Shown here piece by piece: positions 45,104 through 56,098 of a DNA stretch of 64,000 bases (its first letter is position 1; each line of letters opens with the position of its first letter). This DNA is from Candidatus Bathyarchaeia archaeon (GTDB lineage: Archaea; Thermoproteota; Bathyarchaeia; Bathyarchaeales; Bathycorpusculaceae). The stretch lies in contig JBEKBM010000009.1 of assembly GCA_050015395.1 (NCBI GenBank), positions 1 to 64,000 of the forward strand, read 5' to 3'. A program made the translations under genes and the position numbers. Under the pieces are notes generated by a model. That model had not been told where the DNA came from. It worked only from the letters and a program-made list of their open reading frames with translations, and made no database searches.

Positions 45104-48100
45104 ATGCCCTACATAAAAAAAATCGAGATAAAAGGCTTTAAGTCTTTTGGGCCGCAGACCATCAAGGTAACTTTAGATAAGGGTTTCACAGCCATAACTG
45201 GCCCAAACGGAAGTGGAAAAACCAACATTATGGATGCAGTGCTTTTCTCGCTTGGGGAATTAAGCACAAGAAGGCTCCGTGCTGAAAACGCAGCTAAACT
45301 AATCTTTCGCGGCTCAGAAAAACTAGGGCAAGAAAAAGTCAAAATGGCCAAGGTTGTCATACAATTTGATAATTCCGATGGCACAATGCCAGTTGACACG
45401 TCCACTGTTACGATTTCACGTGAAGTTTACCAAAATGGGCAAAGCGTTTACCGCTTAAACGGCAGAAGAATGTCACGAGGGCACATTATAGAAACTCTCT
45501 CTATGGCTTCAATAAGCAGCATGAGCCAGAACATTATCCCTCAAGGAACAATAACTAGGTTAACAGAAATTACCCCTCTTGAACGCCGAAGAATCATCGA
45601 AGACCTCGTTGGAATAGCCCAGTACGACGCGGAGAAGGGCGACGCAGAAGAAAAACTGCGAACTGCTGACATTTCAATCCGCACAGCCATGGGTAGAATA
45701 GATGAGGTACAGAAGCGCGTAGATGATTTGGAACGTGAACGCAATCAACTTTTACGCTATAATTTCATCCAGAGTGAAACTAAAAAGTTCCAAGCAGTTA
45801 AAATCTCAAACGACATAACGCAATTAAACGGTAAAATTAATGAAGCGACTAGCCAAACTGAAAAAGTTAAAGCCAGAGTTGACAAATTAAAAGGGCAACG
45901 CGACTTGCGCAGATCAAAACGGCATGGTATTGAAGGCGAATGGCGAAAACTCAGCGGCGAAAACCTTGAAGAAGGCGGTTCAGAAGTTCTTAAGGTTCAA
46001 ATAACCATTGGCGAGCTAAAATCTAAACTAACTGAGTTATCAACAAAAATAAGTTCTGGGCAAGCTAGCTTTGAAAGCTTAAAGCGCGTAAGAGAAAACA
46101 ATCTTGCTCAGCAAGAAAGTATAAGAAACGAGATACGAGAAAACCGTTTAAAAATCCGAGTTTTCCGCAGTCAACATGAAAAAATCAAGGACCAAATGAC
46201 TCAAAAAGAGTTGGAACACGATGCGCTGGCAAAAGAAACCGCCCAGCTTTGGGAAGGGCTCGGCGATAACAACCAGCAAATACGAGCGATGGAAGCCGAA
46301 ATCGCAAATAATGTTAAACGACTTGCGTATTTACGCTCAGAATACACAAAAGACAAATCGGCACTGAGGCTCTGCACTGGGAGAATCAAAAACTTAAACG
46401 TGCGAAAAGAAAGATTCCTCACGAGCCTAGTCGAAATCGAAAAGTCCCTATCTGAGCTGGAGCAGGTTCAAAAGGACCAGAAAAACCAGTTTAAAAATCT
46501 TGAACACACAATCGAACGCAAAAAAATTCAAAAAGAAACCGCTGAAAAAGAAGTCACGGAAGCAGAAAGAATAGCCAGTTCAGCTAAAGACGCCGTAATT
46601 GAATTTGCTACTCAAAGAGACCTTGCCGCAACCATAGCTACTGAAGAAAAAGCTCTAAGAAGCATAGAGGAAATGGGCATTGTCGGCGCAATAAGTGGAA
46701 TCCACGGCAGACTACGCAACCTAATAAAAATAGACAAAAACTACAAGAAAGCCATAGAAGCAGCGGCAACAGGTTGGCTTGATGCTTTAGTTGTAGCCAA
46801 CATAGACTCAGCCTTCACATGTACCGAAACGCTTAGGCGCATGAAACTGGGCAGAATAAAAATTATTCCACTGCAAGGCGCAATCAACCTTAAAAACAAG
46901 GAAACGCCCAGCCGAGACGGCGTAGTAGGCGCCCTTTCAAGCTTCATGAAATATGAAAGCACCTTTGAGATGGCTGTTAACTATGTTTTCGGAGACACAG
47001 TAGTGGTCTCAAACGATAAAACAGCCTTTGCCCTTTCAAACGAGGGTTACCGCGCGGTTACAGTTAACGGTGACTTGTATGAGCCGGGTGCTTTTGAAAG
47101 CGGCTATTACCGTGCGCCAATAGATTTTTCAACAATTATTCCAAGCGAAAATGCATTAAAAAGTTTAGACGAAGCAGTAAACGCTCTCCAGACGCACCTC
47201 ACTCAAAGAGGAACTGACATTACGGGTCTTGAAGAAGAAATTGAGCGAAACAAAATTGAAATTACACGGCTTTCAGAATTCATCTCCACTTTAGACAGGG
47301 AAATAGTGAGAATTAAACGAGGCGTTAAAAGAACACAATTCAACATTCGGCATACGGAAAAATACGGCGGCAAACTTGACCGCGAAGCTGCAGCTTACAA
47401 AGGCCGCATGAGCATGTACATGAATGAGCGGAATTCTATCCAAAAAGCGCTCCAGAAACTGCATGCAGACATAGCCAATTTAAGATTGAAAACTGATGTG
47501 GCACACATTCAAGAGCTTGAGGTTCAACGGGAAAAACTTGGGGAAGAAGTAAACACGCTTCGCCAAAACTCAGGCTCTACTCAAACGGAAATTTCAACCT
47601 ACCAATCACAATTCGACAGAGTCCTTAGAAACGGCTACAAGAATATCAAGATACAGATAGCTAAGGTTGAGCAACAGCAAAGAAAAATAGAGAAAGAAGT
47701 TGCCGAAGCGCAAGCGGAACGTGAATCAATCAGGAAAGAACTAGATGAGCAAGAGAAAAGCCGTGTGGAACTTTCAAAGGCTGTTTTTTCTGCACGTGAA
47801 GAATCCAAAAAGTTCACTTCACAAATAGATGTTATTGATGCTGAGGTACGGTTGCTTGATTCAGAATATGAACAGGCAGAAAGGCTTCTGAACCAGCTGC
47901 AACTGGGCATGGAAACTAGCCAACTTCGTCTTCAGCAACTTCAAAGCCAACTTCGCCAGTTTGGCTATGAACAACCTTTAGAAACAAGCCAGAAGCAGGT
48001 TGAGGAAGCAGAAACAACCATTCGCATGATGCAGTTTGAACTTGAAAGAATAGGCGCCATAAACCAGCTTGCCCTTTCCCATTACTCAGACCAGATTTCA

Positions 48101-48655
48101 CGGTACAGAGAATTATCTGTTCGCTTAAATGAGTTGGAAAGAGAAAAACAAGCCATCGTACAGTTCATGGATGAGATTGAAGCTAAAAAACGCAAGGTTT
48201 TCATGACCGCTTTCGAAAAAATCAACAGCAGCCTCAAGGTTTACTTTTCCAAACTTACTGGCGGGGGAGAAGCCACGCTTAAGCTTGAAAATCCTGATGA
48301 CCCCTTCGCTGGCGGCATAGACATGGTTGTGCAGTTCCCAAATAAACCCTCGATTATTGTGAGCGGGGCAAGCGGCGGCGAACGTTCAGTTTCAGCAGTC
48401 AGCTTCATATTTTCACTAAAAGAGTTTACGCCTGCATCATTCTACATTCTCGATGAAGTGGATGCACACTTAGACGCTTTCCATACTGCAAAGCTAGCTG
48501 AAGTGCTACTTGAGGAAGCTGGAAAAATCCAGTTTATAGTAATCAGCTTGCGGCCTGAAATAGTTAACAAAGCACAGAAAGTCTACGGAGTCTACGAACT
48601 CAACGGAGTCTCCAACGTTGTGACCGCCAAGTTCCCAGCGGAGGCACCGAGCTAA
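45104..48655 (+). CDS. smc: chromosome segregation protein SMC
   Basis: GFKSF, GPNGSGKTN, hinge (GIHGRL, GRIKIIPL, VTVNGD), SGGERS, LDEVDAHLD. Confidence 0.97.
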   Translation: MPYIKKIEIKGFKSFGPQTIKVTLDKGFTAITGPNGSGKTNIMDAVLFSLGELSTRRLRAENAAKLIFRGSEKLGQEKVKMAKVVIQFDNSDGTMPVDTSTVTISREVYQNGQSVYRLNGRRMSRGHIIETLSMASISSMSQNIIPQGTITRLTEITPLERRRIIEDLVGIAQYDAEKGDAEEKLRTADISIRTAMGRIDEVQKRVDDLERERNQLLRYNFIQSETKKFQAVKISNDITQLNGKINEATSQTEKVKARVDKLKGQRDLRRSKRHGIEGEWRKLSGENLEEGGSEVLKVQITIGELKSKLTELSTKISSGQASFESLKRVRENNLAQQESIRNEIRENRLKIRVFRSQHEKIKDQMTQKELEHDALAKETAQLWEGLGDNNQQIRAMEAEIANNVKRLAYLRSEYTKDKSALRLCTGRIKNLNVRKERFLTSLVEIEKSLSELEQVQKDQKNQFKNLEHTIERKKIQKETAEKEVTEAERIASSAKDAVIEFATQRDLAATIATEEKALRSIEEMGIVGAISGIHGRLRNLIKIDKNYKKAIEAAATGWLDALVVANIDSAFTCTETLRRMKLGRIKIIPLQGAINLKNKETPSRDGVVGALSSFMKYESTFEMAVNYVFGDTVVVSNDKTAFALSNEGYRAVTVNGDLYEPGAFESGYYRAPIDFSTIIPSENALKSLDEAVNALQTHLTQRGTDITGLEEEIERNKIEITRLSEFISTLDREIVRIKRGVKRTQFNIRHTEKYGGKLDREAAAYKGRMSMYMNERNSIQKALQKLHADIANLRLKTDVAHIQELEVQREKLGEEVNTLRQNSGSTQTEISTYQSQFDRVLRNGYKNIKIQIAKVEQQQRKIEKEVAEAQAERESIRKELDEQEKSRVELSKAVFSAREESKKFTSQIDVIDAEVRLLDSEYEQAERLLNQLQLGMETSQLRLQQLQSQLRQFGYEQPLETSQKQVEEAETTIRMMQFELERIGAINQLALSHYSDQISRYRELSVRLNELEREKQAIVQFMDEIEAKKRKVFMTAFEKINSSLKVYFSKLTGGGEATLKLENPDDPFAGGIDMVVQFPNKPSIIVSGASGGERSVSAVSFIFSLKEFTPASFYILDEVDAHLDAFHTAKLAEVLLEEAGKIQFIVISLRPEIVNKAQKVYGVYELNGVSNVVTAKFPAEAPS

Positions 48656-49360
48656 ATGTCCACAACGCCAATCAGAAGGCCCTTTTACCTTCGACCGCCG
48701 TGGAACATACTGTTTGAATTAAATAAACTTGAGAAGCTTACTCCGTGGAACGTTAACATAGCTTACCTTCTACGGTCTTTTCTCACTGAAATGGAGAGGA
48801 CAGACAAAGTTGATTTCCGAGCCTCAGGCGTCGCGTTGGATTCTTCCGCTTTAATTTACTTAATGAAGTCTAAACTGCTGCTTACCTTGCAAGAGCCGCC
48901 TGTGCCGCCTAAAGGTCCGCAGGATTTTGTTCCACCACCCTTGTTCTTGCCGTTGAGGCATGAGTTAACATCAACAACCATTCAGCATTTGCTTGAAGTC
49001 TTAGACGACGTGTTGAAGGGTGAAAAAATGCTTCATCTTGACCATGTTGTTGAGCAGCATCCTATTCTTCCAGCGGTTTCAGATTTGATGCCGCAGTTTG
49101 ACAAGTTTATTACTGAGCTTAAGTTGCAGACTGATAAGTTGTACGCAATTTTATGCGAAAAAGTGAAGGGTGCAGGAATAATCGATTTCTCAACCTTATC
49201 GAAAGACGCAACTAGAATTGAAGCATTAAGAATGTTTATGTACCTCTTGTTTTTAGCACAGGATGACAAAGTAAGCTTATGGCAGAATGAAGAAACAGAA
49301 GAACTATACATTGCCGTGGGGAAACTCAACGTTGGAAAAGCCGAAGGAACAACCAGTTAA
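48656..49360 (+). CDS. scpA: kleisin ScpA
   Basis: PWNVNI, DFRASG, MKS, F..LLFL; directly follows smc. Confidence 0.85.
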   Translation: MSTTPIRRPFYLRPPWNILFELNKLEKLTPWNVNIAYLLRSFLTEMERTDKVDFRASGVALDSSALIYLMKSKLLLTLQEPPVPPKGPQDFVPPPLFLPLRHELTSTTIQHLLEVLDDVLKGEKMLHLDHVVEQHPILPAVSDLMPQFDKFITELKLQTDKLYAILCEKVKGAGIIDFSTLSKDATRIEALRMFMYLLFLAQDDKVSLWQNEETEELYIAVGKLNVGKAEGTTS

Positions 49361-49931
49361 TTCAAACCCTGATGCAGAGCAAGCGCAGGATGCCGAACGG
49401 AAAGCTCATTGCTTAGCACTGCTAGAGGCTGCACTGTACGTGGCTGGTCGCCCATTAGACCTCAACGAGTTATGCCAAGTTATAGGCAGCCGCTCAAAGA
49501 AGAAAGCCCAAAAATACGCTGACACGCTAATACAAGAATATGCTGCAAGGAACACGGCGCTTGAAATTTTAGCGTTAAAAGATGAACGTTACGTTCTGCA
49601 GGTGAAAGCAGACTTCACACCGTTGATTAAGAAACTTGTGAACAGACCTCTGCTAACTTCCGGACCTCTCAAGACGCTTTCTTACATTGCTTACCGGCAG
49701 CCTGTTTCTCAGAAACGCGTGATTGATGTCAGGGGACAACACGCTTACGGTCACGTGAAGCTGCTGAAGGATATGGGGTTGATTGCGGCTGAAAGAAGCG
49801 GGCGTTCAATGATTTTAAAGACTACCGATTATTTTGCGGATTACTTCGGATTAACGCATGATGCGAGCATGATGAAGAAAGAGTTAAAACGCATCTTCGG
49901 CGACGCATTGAAGGACTACGAACAAACTTAA
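49332..49931 (+). CDS. scpB: ScpB
   Basis: LEAALYVAGRPL, LKTLSYIAYRQPV, VRG, TT..FADYFG; TTG start inferred. Confidence 0.92.
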   Translation: MEKPKEQPVNSNPDAEQAQDAERKAHCLALLEAALYVAGRPLDLNELCQVIGSRSKKKAQKYADTLIQEYAARNTALEILALKDERYVLQVKADFTPLIKKLVNRPLLTSGPLKTLSYIAYRQPVSQKRVIDVRGQHAYGHVKLLKDMGLIAAERSGRSMILKTTDYFADYFGLTHDASMMKKELKRIFGDALKDYEQT

Positions 49932-50006
49932 ACGGATACGTTTATATGGAAATTAACGGTTTTACTGACTACTCGAATTAGATATCGAAAAAGGGAAATG
50001 TAGATT

Positions 50007-50402
50007 ATGTCTTCGCATAGCAGTTTACGCAAAAGAAAACTCACAGGCGGCAAAAAAAGAGCCTACAGATCAAAGAAAAAGTATGAGCAAGGCGGATACC
50101 CTGCAGAAACAATTCTCGGTGAACCCAGAAGGAAAATTTCCAGAGGCTTAGGCGGCAACACAAAAGTCAAGGTCTTAAGCGATAAATACGCTTCAGTAAC
50201 CGATCCTAAAAGCGGCAAAACACAAAAAACCGAAATCACCCGTGTAGTTAGAAACGGCGCTAACGTTGATTATAACCGAAGAGGCGTAATAACTAAAGGC
50301 GCAGAAATAGAAACCACGTTGGGGCTTGCAAAAGTTACCAGTCGCCCAGGCAACGACGGCATAATTAACGCTGTCTTAATGGCTGCTAAAGAGAAAAGCT
50401 AA
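50007..50402 (+). CDS. rps8e: 30S ribosomal protein S8e
   Basis: RKLTGG, RGLGGNTK, ITKGA, VTSRPGNDGIINAVL. Confidence 0.97.
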   Translation: MSSHSSLRKRKLTGGKKRAYRSKKKYEQGGYPAETILGEPRRKISRGLGGNTKVKVLSDKYASVTDPKSGKTQKTEITRVVRNGANVDYNRRGVITKGAEIETTLGLAKVTSRPGNDGIINAVLMAAKEKS

Positions 50403-50405
50403 ACT

Positions 50406-50708
50406 TTACTGCGGTTTTGCAGGCACGCTTTTAATCTTCACTAATTGTTTTGCAATTTTCTGTATTATCTTTTCTTTTGCTTCTTTCTTTTCAACAAGCA
50501 ACATTCCTGTCTTAGCCCAAGGCATCTTGGGAAAATGAGCTTCAAGGTTAACTTCGTTTTTGAGACCTAATTTGTCAACTGCTTCTTTAAGTTCTGCGAT
50601 TTTTGGAGATTGGACCGCCAAGTTTTTTGGGACTCGGCGTCCTTTTTTTCTGGTTTTAGAAGCGTCGAAGTAGATTGGCCAAATTATTGCTTTATCGAGT
50701 TTTTTCAT
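50406..50708 (-). CDS. srp19: signal recognition particle protein Srp19
   Basis: IIWPIYFDASKTRKKGRRVPKNLAV. Confidence 0.95.
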   Translation of the reverse strand: MKKLDKAIIWPIYFDASKTRKKGRRVPKNLAVQSPKIAELKEAVDKLGLKNEVNLEAHFPKMPWAKTGMLLVEKKEAKEKIIQKIAKQLVKIKSVPAKPQ

Positions 50709-50721
50709 GTTTATTCATCTC

Positions 50722-52473
50722 TTATTTGTGAGCGTAATAAGCGATTAGTTTCTGGTTTACTTCGTTTATGCGTGTGAATCCGAAGCGTTCAAACTGTATT
50801 ATAGCGTCTGGCTTTAACTTTTTGCATGCGCTCTCAGCATAACCCTCGGTAACTGAGGCGTCTGGCATGACCACTTGGCATGGAAACTCTTCGCCTTTCG
50901 GTATCCACTGGATAAGCTGGGCTTTGATTTTTCTAACGTCTTCATAGGATTCGCTTGAGAATGTTGCAGTCACTGAGTTGCCTGTTTTGTTTTCGATTTT
51001 GATGTTGAAGAGTTCCATGAGCCTAACTATTTTTTCTGGCTCCGTTGCTTCAGCATCTTTTCTTGAAACCCAAAAAATTACCTTTTTCTCTTCATCTTCT
51101 GGAGTTACCGTATATTCCCTAAAACCCCGCTCAGGCTTGTCCGGATGCAAAGGAAGTTTGGCATGGAAAGTTTTCGGCACTTGCAAAACCTTCAGTTCAA
51201 CAGGCTCGGGCACGAAGAAGTACCTGTTGCTTGCGGCGTCAAGGATTTTGCGGTTGTACGAGTACAGGTTTTCCCAGCTCAAGGTCACGTCATTTGATTT
51301 TGTTCCTACATCGATTATCATTTTCTTGATGGCTTCAGGCGTGATTCCCCGTTTTCTTAATGCGGCGAAAGTGCCTAGGCGTGGGTCATCAAAGCCAGGG
51401 TAGGTGCCTTCTTTTACGCCTTGAATAATCTTTGATTTGCTTAGGAAAGTGCCTGTGATTTTTAGTCTGCCGTAGTGGATGGCTTCGGGGTATGTCCAGC
51501 CTAAATGCTCATACATGTATTTCTGGCGAACCATGTTGGTGTAGTGCTCTTTGCCGCGGATGATGTGCGTCATGCCCATTAAATGGTCGTCTAAGCCGGC
51601 GGCTAAATTGTAGAGGGGCCAAACGATGTATTTGCTTCCAACCCGTGGATGCGGATACTTCTTTGTATCAATAATTCTCAGGGCTGGCCAGTCTCTGACC
51701 GCTGGGTTGGGATGTTCCAGTTCAGTTTTGACGCGGACTACTGCTTGTCCTTCCGTGTAACCGCCGCTGAGCATGCGTTTCCAGCGTTCCAAGTTCTCGG
51801 CTGCTGACAGGATTCGGCATGGGCAAGCTTGTTTGGCTATGGTTTTTTTTCTGAATTCTTCAGGTGGGCACTCGCAAACATACGCGTTGCCATCCCGCAT
51901 TAGCCGCTCGGTATAGTCGTAGTAAATTGGCAATCGGTCGCTTTGGATGTATTCCTCGTCAACTTTGCAGCCTAGCCACTTCAAATCATGCCTAATGCTA
52001 TCATAAAATATCAGCGACGGCCTTTTCACTTTAGGGTCTGTATCTTCGAAGCGCAAAATGAATTTGCCGTTGTACATGCGGGCGTACTCGTGGCTCAGTA
52101 TAATGGCTCTTGCTGAACCCAAATGCAGAACACAGTCAGGGTTGGGAGAGAACCGTGTCACTATCTGAGAATACTTATCCGCGTTAGGTAATGGCGGTAA
52201 GCGTTTTTCTTCAGCTTTCTCTTTCTTCTGCGTTTCGGGCCAATTTTCCTCAACAATAGCTTTCTGCTCTGCAATGGAGAGGCTGTTTACTTCATTTACA
52301 ATGGTGTTAATTAGGGTTGAGAGCTCTTTTACCTTGGTTCGCAGATCTTGTCTTTCGCCAAGAATTTTGCCTACTAGGGCGCCTGCTTGAGCTTTGCCGT
52401 CATGCGAAACCGCATTAAGCAGTGCAGCTTTGCGAATAAGCTTTTTAAGTTCAGGGTCATTTTCAAGTGTCAA
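50722..52473 (-). CDS. gltX: glutamyl-tRNA synthetase
   Basis: TRFSPNP..LHLGS, LRFEDTDP, THIIRGKEH, LSKS, QFERFGF. Confidence 0.97.
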   Translation of the reverse strand: MTLENDPELKKLIRKAALLNAVSHDGKAQAGALVGKILGERQDLRTKVKELSTLINTIVNEVNSLSIAEQKAIVEENWPETQKKEKAEEKRLPPLPNADKYSQIVTRFSPNPDCVLHLGSARAIILSHEYARMYNGKFILRFEDTDPKVKRPSLIFYDSIRHDLKWLGCKVDEEYIQSDRLPIYYDYTERLMRDGNAYVCECPPEEFRKKTIAKQACPCRILSAAENLERWKRMLSGGYTEGQAVVRVKTELEHPNPAVRDWPALRIIDTKKYPHPRVGSKYIVWPLYNLAAGLDDHLMGMTHIIRGKEHYTNMVRQKYMYEHLGWTYPEAIHYGRLKITGTFLSKSKIIQGVKEGTYPGFDDPRLGTFAALRKRGITPEAIKKMIIDVGTKSNDVTLSWENLYSYNRKILDAASNRYFFVPEPVELKVLQVPKTFHAKLPLHPDKPERGFREYTVTPEDEEKKVIFWVSRKDAEATEPEKIVRLMELFNIKIENKTGNSVTATFSSESYEDVRKIKAQLIQWIPKGEEFPCQVVMPDASVTEGYAESACKKLKPDAIIQFERFGFTRINEVNQKLIAYYAHK

Positions 52474-52493
52474 ACTTTTTGCGCTCGTTTAGG

Positions 52494-53564
52494 TTACTTG
52501 TTTCTTTTAATCAAGAATTCGGCGAACTGTTTTAATTTTTCCTTAGCTTGGGGTGTCGGCAAAAGCTTTTCAGTTTCACTCCAGCTTTCTTGGACTATTC
52601 GCTCTGCTGTACGCTTAACATGTTCTATGGCATGGTATTTCTGCATCAAAACGATTGCCTCGTCTCTTAAGGCTTGGTCGGAAGTGTGCATGTTTAGTAT
52701 TTCAAGTAGCCGCTTCTTGTCAGCGCTATTCGCCTTTTTCAGCGTATAAATAACCATTAAGCTTCTTTTGCCCTCAGTAATATCTTGCCCAACGCCGCCT
52801 TTCTTCTTGGCGAACTCCACGCCAGTTACATCTAAAATGTCATCCTGCATTTGGAAGGCAACTCCTATGCTTTCCGCGAAACGTCCAAGTTTTTCCACCA
52901 GTGGCTTGTTGGCGCCTGCTAGCACAGCCGCTATTTTGGCTGCCATACGGGCGAGAGTGCCTGTTTTGTAAGCGCACATCTGCAAGTAATCCTCTTCGCC
53001 TAACTTGTCCGCGTTGGCGATGCCCCTGTGCCATGCAATGTCCATGGCTTGTCCCATGCTGAGGTTAATCATTTCCTGCACGTAAACCTCGTATATGTCC
53101 CGTTGCATTTCAGGTGTAAGCTTTGCTTTTTGCGCCATTAACGGAAGAAGCGGCAGGTAATACATGGCGTTTCCAGCGTTAACAGCGATGTCGGTTTGGA
53201 AGATTTTGTATGTGCATGGTTTGCCTCGACGCAGTTTTGAGGAATCTTCGATGTCGTCGATAACCAGCGTTCCGTTATGGATGACTTCGGGGATAATGGA
53301 GAAGTCTAAACAGTAATCTGAGTCTTTACCTAACGCTTCGCAAATCAGCAGGAAAAGCGCTGGGCGCCACCTTTTTCCGCCACGGTCCAGCATGTCCCAG
53401 ATGGGCTCTGCAACTGCTTTGTTTAAGGGTTCTAAGTTGTAACTGTACATTGGCGGATTAACCTTGAAGAGAACCGAGTCTTTGCTGAACTTTCGCGGAA
53501 TGTACTTTTCAATAGCTTTGTCGATTAGGGGTGCTTTTTCTTCAAGAAACCTTTCAATATTCAA
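52494..53564 (-). CDS. polyprenyl diphosphate synthase (probable GGPP synthase)
   Basis: GGKRWRP, IDDIED..RRG, GQAMD, KTG, FQMQDD. Confidence 0.93.
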   Translation of the reverse strand: MNIERFLEEKAPLIDKAIEKYIPRKFSKDSVLFKVNPPMYSYNLEPLNKAVAEPIWDMLDRGGKRWRPALFLLICEALGKDSDYCLDFSIIPEVIHNGTLVIDDIEDSSKLRRGKPCTYKIFQTDIAVNAGNAMYYLPLLPLMAQKAKLTPEMQRDIYEVYVQEMINLSMGQAMDIAWHRGIANADKLGEEDYLQMCAYKTGTLARMAAKIAAVLAGANKPLVEKLGRFAESIGVAFQMQDDILDVTGVEFAKKKGGVGQDITEGKRSLMVIYTLKKANSADKKRLLEILNMHTSDQALRDEAIVLMQKYHAIEHVKRTAERIVQESWSETEKLLPTPQAKEKLKQFAEFLIKRNK

Positions 53565-54651
53565 ACGTTAACGTACTCCTCTGCGCATACTTCACTGTGT
53601 CGAAACCTCGGATGTTCAGCCACTCTGCAGTTTTTCCAGTAACCACCACAGGCACCTTCGCTAAGGATTCAAGGTTCTCAGCGCCCACAAGAAACATAAC
53701 ATTACGCAACTCATCAATTAAACAAGAAAGCAATTCCTGTGTTTTCTTTGCCCCTTTAACTGCAGCTTCAAGCACAGGCTGAGAAACACTGGCTAAATTT
53801 GCATTTAACGCTAAAGACTTAGCTATGTCTAAGCCGCTTCGGACTCCGCCGGAAGCAATCACTGGAATCTTCACGGTCTGAGTCGTTTCAATCAGGCTTA
53901 CGGCTGTGGGGATGCCCCAGTCCCAGAAAGCTTCACCCATATTGTTTGGGCTTGTTGAACGGTAATATTCAACCGCTGCAAAACTTGTTCCGCCAACACC
54001 GCCGATATCGATGGCTTTTACGCCTGCAACTTCAAGCGCTTTTGCATCTTCTGCTGAAATACCGCAGCCGGTCTCTTTAACAATCAAGGGCTTGTCAAGT
54101 TCACCTGCGATTTCACTGATTTTCGCTAAGACGCCTTTGAAGTTGGTTTGTCCTTCAGGCTGAAGTGCTTCCTGCATCGCGTTCAAATGAACAGCAACTG
54201 CATCAGCATCTATCATTTCCACGGCTTTCTTGACTTCTTTTAAGCCGTATCCGTGGACAAGCTGTATTCCGCCTATGTTGGCGATTAAGAAGGCAGTTGG
54301 CGCTTTTTTGCGTGCTATCTTGTAGGTTTTTTCGAGTTTTTGGTCTTCGATGGCTGCTCTTTGGCTTCCCACACCCATGCCTAAACCAAGTTTTTCCACG
54401 GCTTCGGCTATTGAAGCATTTATTTTTGTTGCTTCTTCTGTTCCGCCAGTCATGGCGCCAACAATTAGGGGTGCTGAGAATTTTTTGCCTAAGAAAGATG
54501 TTGATAGGCTGATTTTTTGTCTGTCAACTTCTGGCAGGGCTCGGTGGACCAGTTGGATGTCTTCGAAGCCTGCGGTGGCTTTTCGGGCTTGGGCTTTTTG
54601 TTCCAAGCAGATTTTAATGTGTTCTGCTTTTCGTTTCTCGGTTTCAGTCAT
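53554..54651 (-). CDS. fni: type 2 IPP isomerase
   Basis: RKAEHI, MTGG, GVGSQR, HLN, VKETGCG, GGTSF. Confidence 0.96.
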   Translation of the reverse strand: MTETEKRKAEHIKICLEQKAQARKATAGFEDIQLVHRALPEVDRQKISLSTSFLGKKFSAPLIVGAMTGGTEEATKINASIAEAVEKLGLGMGVGSQRAAIEDQKLEKTYKIARKKAPTAFLIANIGGIQLVHGYGLKEVKKAVEMIDADAVAVHLNAMQEALQPEGQTNFKGVLAKISEIAGELDKPLIVKETGCGISAEDAKALEVAGVKAIDIGGVGGTSFAAVEYYRSTSPNNMGEAFWDWGIPTAVSLIETTQTVKIPVIASGGVRSGLDIAKSLALNANLASVSQPVLEAAVKGAKKTQELLSCLIDELRNVMFLVGAENLESLAKVPVVVTGKTAEWLNIRGFDTVKYAQRSTLTFEY

Positions 54652-54652
54652 C

Positions 54653-55468
54653 TTACGCCTTCTCGATTTCAGTGCCTAACACACTTTGGTCTATTAGTGC
54701 CCTGTAAATAGATAACCCTTTTGTGGCGCCTGTAATAGTAACGCGAACGCCTTGTTCAATGGCTGGGATAAGCTCAGCTACTTTGCCTGCCATGCCGCCT
54801 GTAACGTCTGTGCCTGCGGCCTTGCCGAGTTTAGGCTGAATCTGCTTGAGTTCTGCCAATGTTAAGTGTTTGTATGGTTTAGCGTTGAGGTTAGTTTTCG
54901 GGTCACAGTCAAACAAGCCGTCTGTGTCAACGCCTAACACGATTTTTGAAGCCTTGTACTTGATTGCTAAGTAAGCAACCAGCTGGTCGCCGGAGAGAAT
55001 TGTGAAGCCTAATTTATCGTCTAAAACTGCATCGCCGTACATAACAGGGGTAAACATCATTTTCTCCATTGCCTTGAGTACGGTTTCGTCAAAAAATTTA
55101 ACCTTGCCGTTCTCAGTTATGATGCAGGAGGATGGCGCGATGCTTACGGCGGGAATTTCATGCCAAATAAGCGCGTCCATAACTAAACCGTTGAGCATGG
55201 TCATGACGTGGTGAGTTTCTGCGAAACCGAGTTTTTGTGTTGGCTCATTTTTGTAGCCGTCTTTTATGCCATACTTCGCTGCGGTCGGGTGACCAAAGCT
55301 TCCGCCGCCATGCACAATAATCAAGTTATCAAGATCCGCCCGCTTGATTTCCTCCGCTAAGCGGTTTATCACTTCTGTTTTCGCGGCTAATTCCCCTGTT
55401 TTGTCGGTGATGGCTGAGCCGCCGATTTTAAGGATTACTGGTTTCGCCTCGTTCAACTTTCTTTGCAC
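54653..55468 (-). CDS. ipk: isopentenyl phosphate kinase
   Basis: LKIGGSAITDK, HGGGSFGH, SGD, DVTGGMAGK. Confidence 0.95.
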   Translation of the reverse strand: MQRKLNEAKPVILKIGGSAITDKTGELAAKTEVINRLAEEIKRADLDNLIIVHGGGSFGHPTAAKYGIKDGYKNEPTQKLGFAETHHVMTMLNGLVMDALIWHEIPAVSIAPSSCIITENGKVKFFDETVLKAMEKMMFTPVMYGDAVLDDKLGFTILSGDQLVAYLAIKYKASKIVLGVDTDGLFDCDPKTNLNAKPYKHLTLAELKQIQPKLGKAAGTDVTGGMAGKVAELIPAIEQGVRVTITGATKGLSIYRALIDQSVLGTEIEKA

Positions 55469-55595
55469 CTTTACATTTGATATTATAGCACTTATTGAAA
55501 AGCATTACCAAGAACAACATAAAAGCCCCACTCTTGAGATAGCGAAAATTTGGTAACTAATTAAAATTTAATCCAACCAACCAAAACCTACTCGG

Positions 55596-56098
55596 CAGGA
55601 CCTTCTGGACTATCACGCTAAAGGTGAGGAGGCAGCTGTTTTTCCCGCTGTTGACAATGTGGGGTTTTTGTAGCTAAGGCTTACTTCATGGATCATCGTG
55701 AGCTTGACACCATGGTTAGCAGGCTGGAAGCAATGAGGAAATCACCTGATCCTCTTGCAACGGCTAGAGCAACAGCAGTCCTAACTTTGCATCTCCGGAT
55801 TCATTTGGACAAGGAAGACGCTCACTTGTACCCGATTCTCAGAGAGCGAACAACAGAGAGCGAGCAGGCATCCATTGTTGACCTAATGTCAAAAAAAAGT
55901 GCCACCTACAGATTTCCCACTATAGTTCAATGGTTTTCCCTTTACTCGACCTTGAAGAGCAGTTTGTGGTTACGAGGGGTTGGATGACTTTGATGCCGCC
56001 GCAGATTTTTTGCTGGTCTCAAAACGTTAATAAAAAAGACCGTTGCTGAAGACTGGGGCGAGCTGATTCGGCGAATCCCAGAACTATATGACAATTAA
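55596..56098 (+). pseudogene. hemerythrin (HHE) domain gene, multiply frameshifted
   Basis: LDYHAKGEEAAVFPAVD, MDHRELD, HLDKEDAHLYP and WGELIRRIPEL lie in different frames. Confidence 0.75.
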
